Assembly: GCF_003946165.1 (NCBI RefSeq)
Contig: NZ_RHOI01000036.1
Coordinates: 2,212 to 26,211 of the forward strand
DNA: 24,000 nt
Source of the DNA: Lacticaseibacillus baoqingensis
Lineage (GTDB): Bacteria; Bacillota; Bacilli; Lactobacillales; Lactobacillaceae
Reading direction: 5' to 3'
Shown here: positions 23,897 through 24,000 of the stretch, piece after piece
How positions within the stretch are numbered: position 1 is the stretch's first letter
Layout: the number at the start of each line of letters is the position of its first letter
Position numbers and translations under genes: made by a program
Notes under the pieces: generated by a model
The model's database searches: none
Seen by the model: the letters and a program-made list of their open reading frames with translations, nothing else
What the model was told of the DNA's origin: nothing

Positions 23897-24000
23897 ATGT
23901 CATTCACAGAACAATCTTTCCGTCTCGATGGTAAAGTTGCTTTAATCACTGGTGCTAGTTATGGGATCGGTTTTGCGATCGCCAGCGCGTATGCCGCTTA
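23897..24000 (+). CDS. SDR-family oxidoreductase, gluconate 5-dehydrogenase-like (5' end only)
   Basis: Manual translation: MSFTEQSFRLDGKVALITGASYGIGFAIASAYAA. The TGASYGIGFAIA Rossmann motif matches Ga5DH/IdnO-type SDRs. AAAGGAG RBS. Confidence 0.7.
   Translation, partial: MSFTEQSFRLDGKVALITGASYGIGFAIASAYAA

Overview
This 24 kb window looks like a chromosomal segment from a moderately GC-rich, Lactobacillaceae-like Firmicute. That assignment is an inference from gene content (WxL surface protein, Lac/Cel-family PTS, class Ib ribonucleotide reductase, GGAGG-type RBSs). No rRNA, tRNA, CRISPR, transposase or phage genes were seen. Left to right: a partial DcyD/ACC-deaminase-family gene (-); class Ib RNR split into divergent units, nrdF-nrdI (-) and nrdE (+), around a shared control region with NrdR-like boxes; a PNPOx-family FMN protein (-) and an AraC regulator (+); an unknown 178 aa protein plus DUF488 (-); a MecA-type class B PBP (+); a membrane GGDEF diguanylate cyclase (-) behind a long structured leader; a small WxL protein (-); a 156 aa hypothetical (+); 5-formyl-THF cyclo-ligase (-). 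A tight nine-gene minus-strand operon follows (22536 down to 13489): aspartate 4-decarboxylase, GntR/HutC regulator, PepV-like M20 dipeptidase, glycosylasparaginase, PTS EIIB, PTS EIIC, a short GrdB-like protein and two M42 peptidases. The window ends with a TauE/SafE permease (+) and the start of a gluconate-5-dehydrogenase-like SDR (+). Three things deserve a second look. (1) The nine-gene operon reads as a PTS-based variant of the glycosyl-asparagine (N-glycan core) catabolic cluster. (2) A family of roughly 120 nt long-hairpin repeats brackets nrdE, with one copy in the 5' leader and three tandem copies in the 3' UTR. (3) The roughly 300 nt leader of the GGDEF gene carries its own promoter, three UUCG-capped hairpins and two intrinsic terminators. 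All functional calls come from reading the translated ORFs and motifs by eye; no database search was run.
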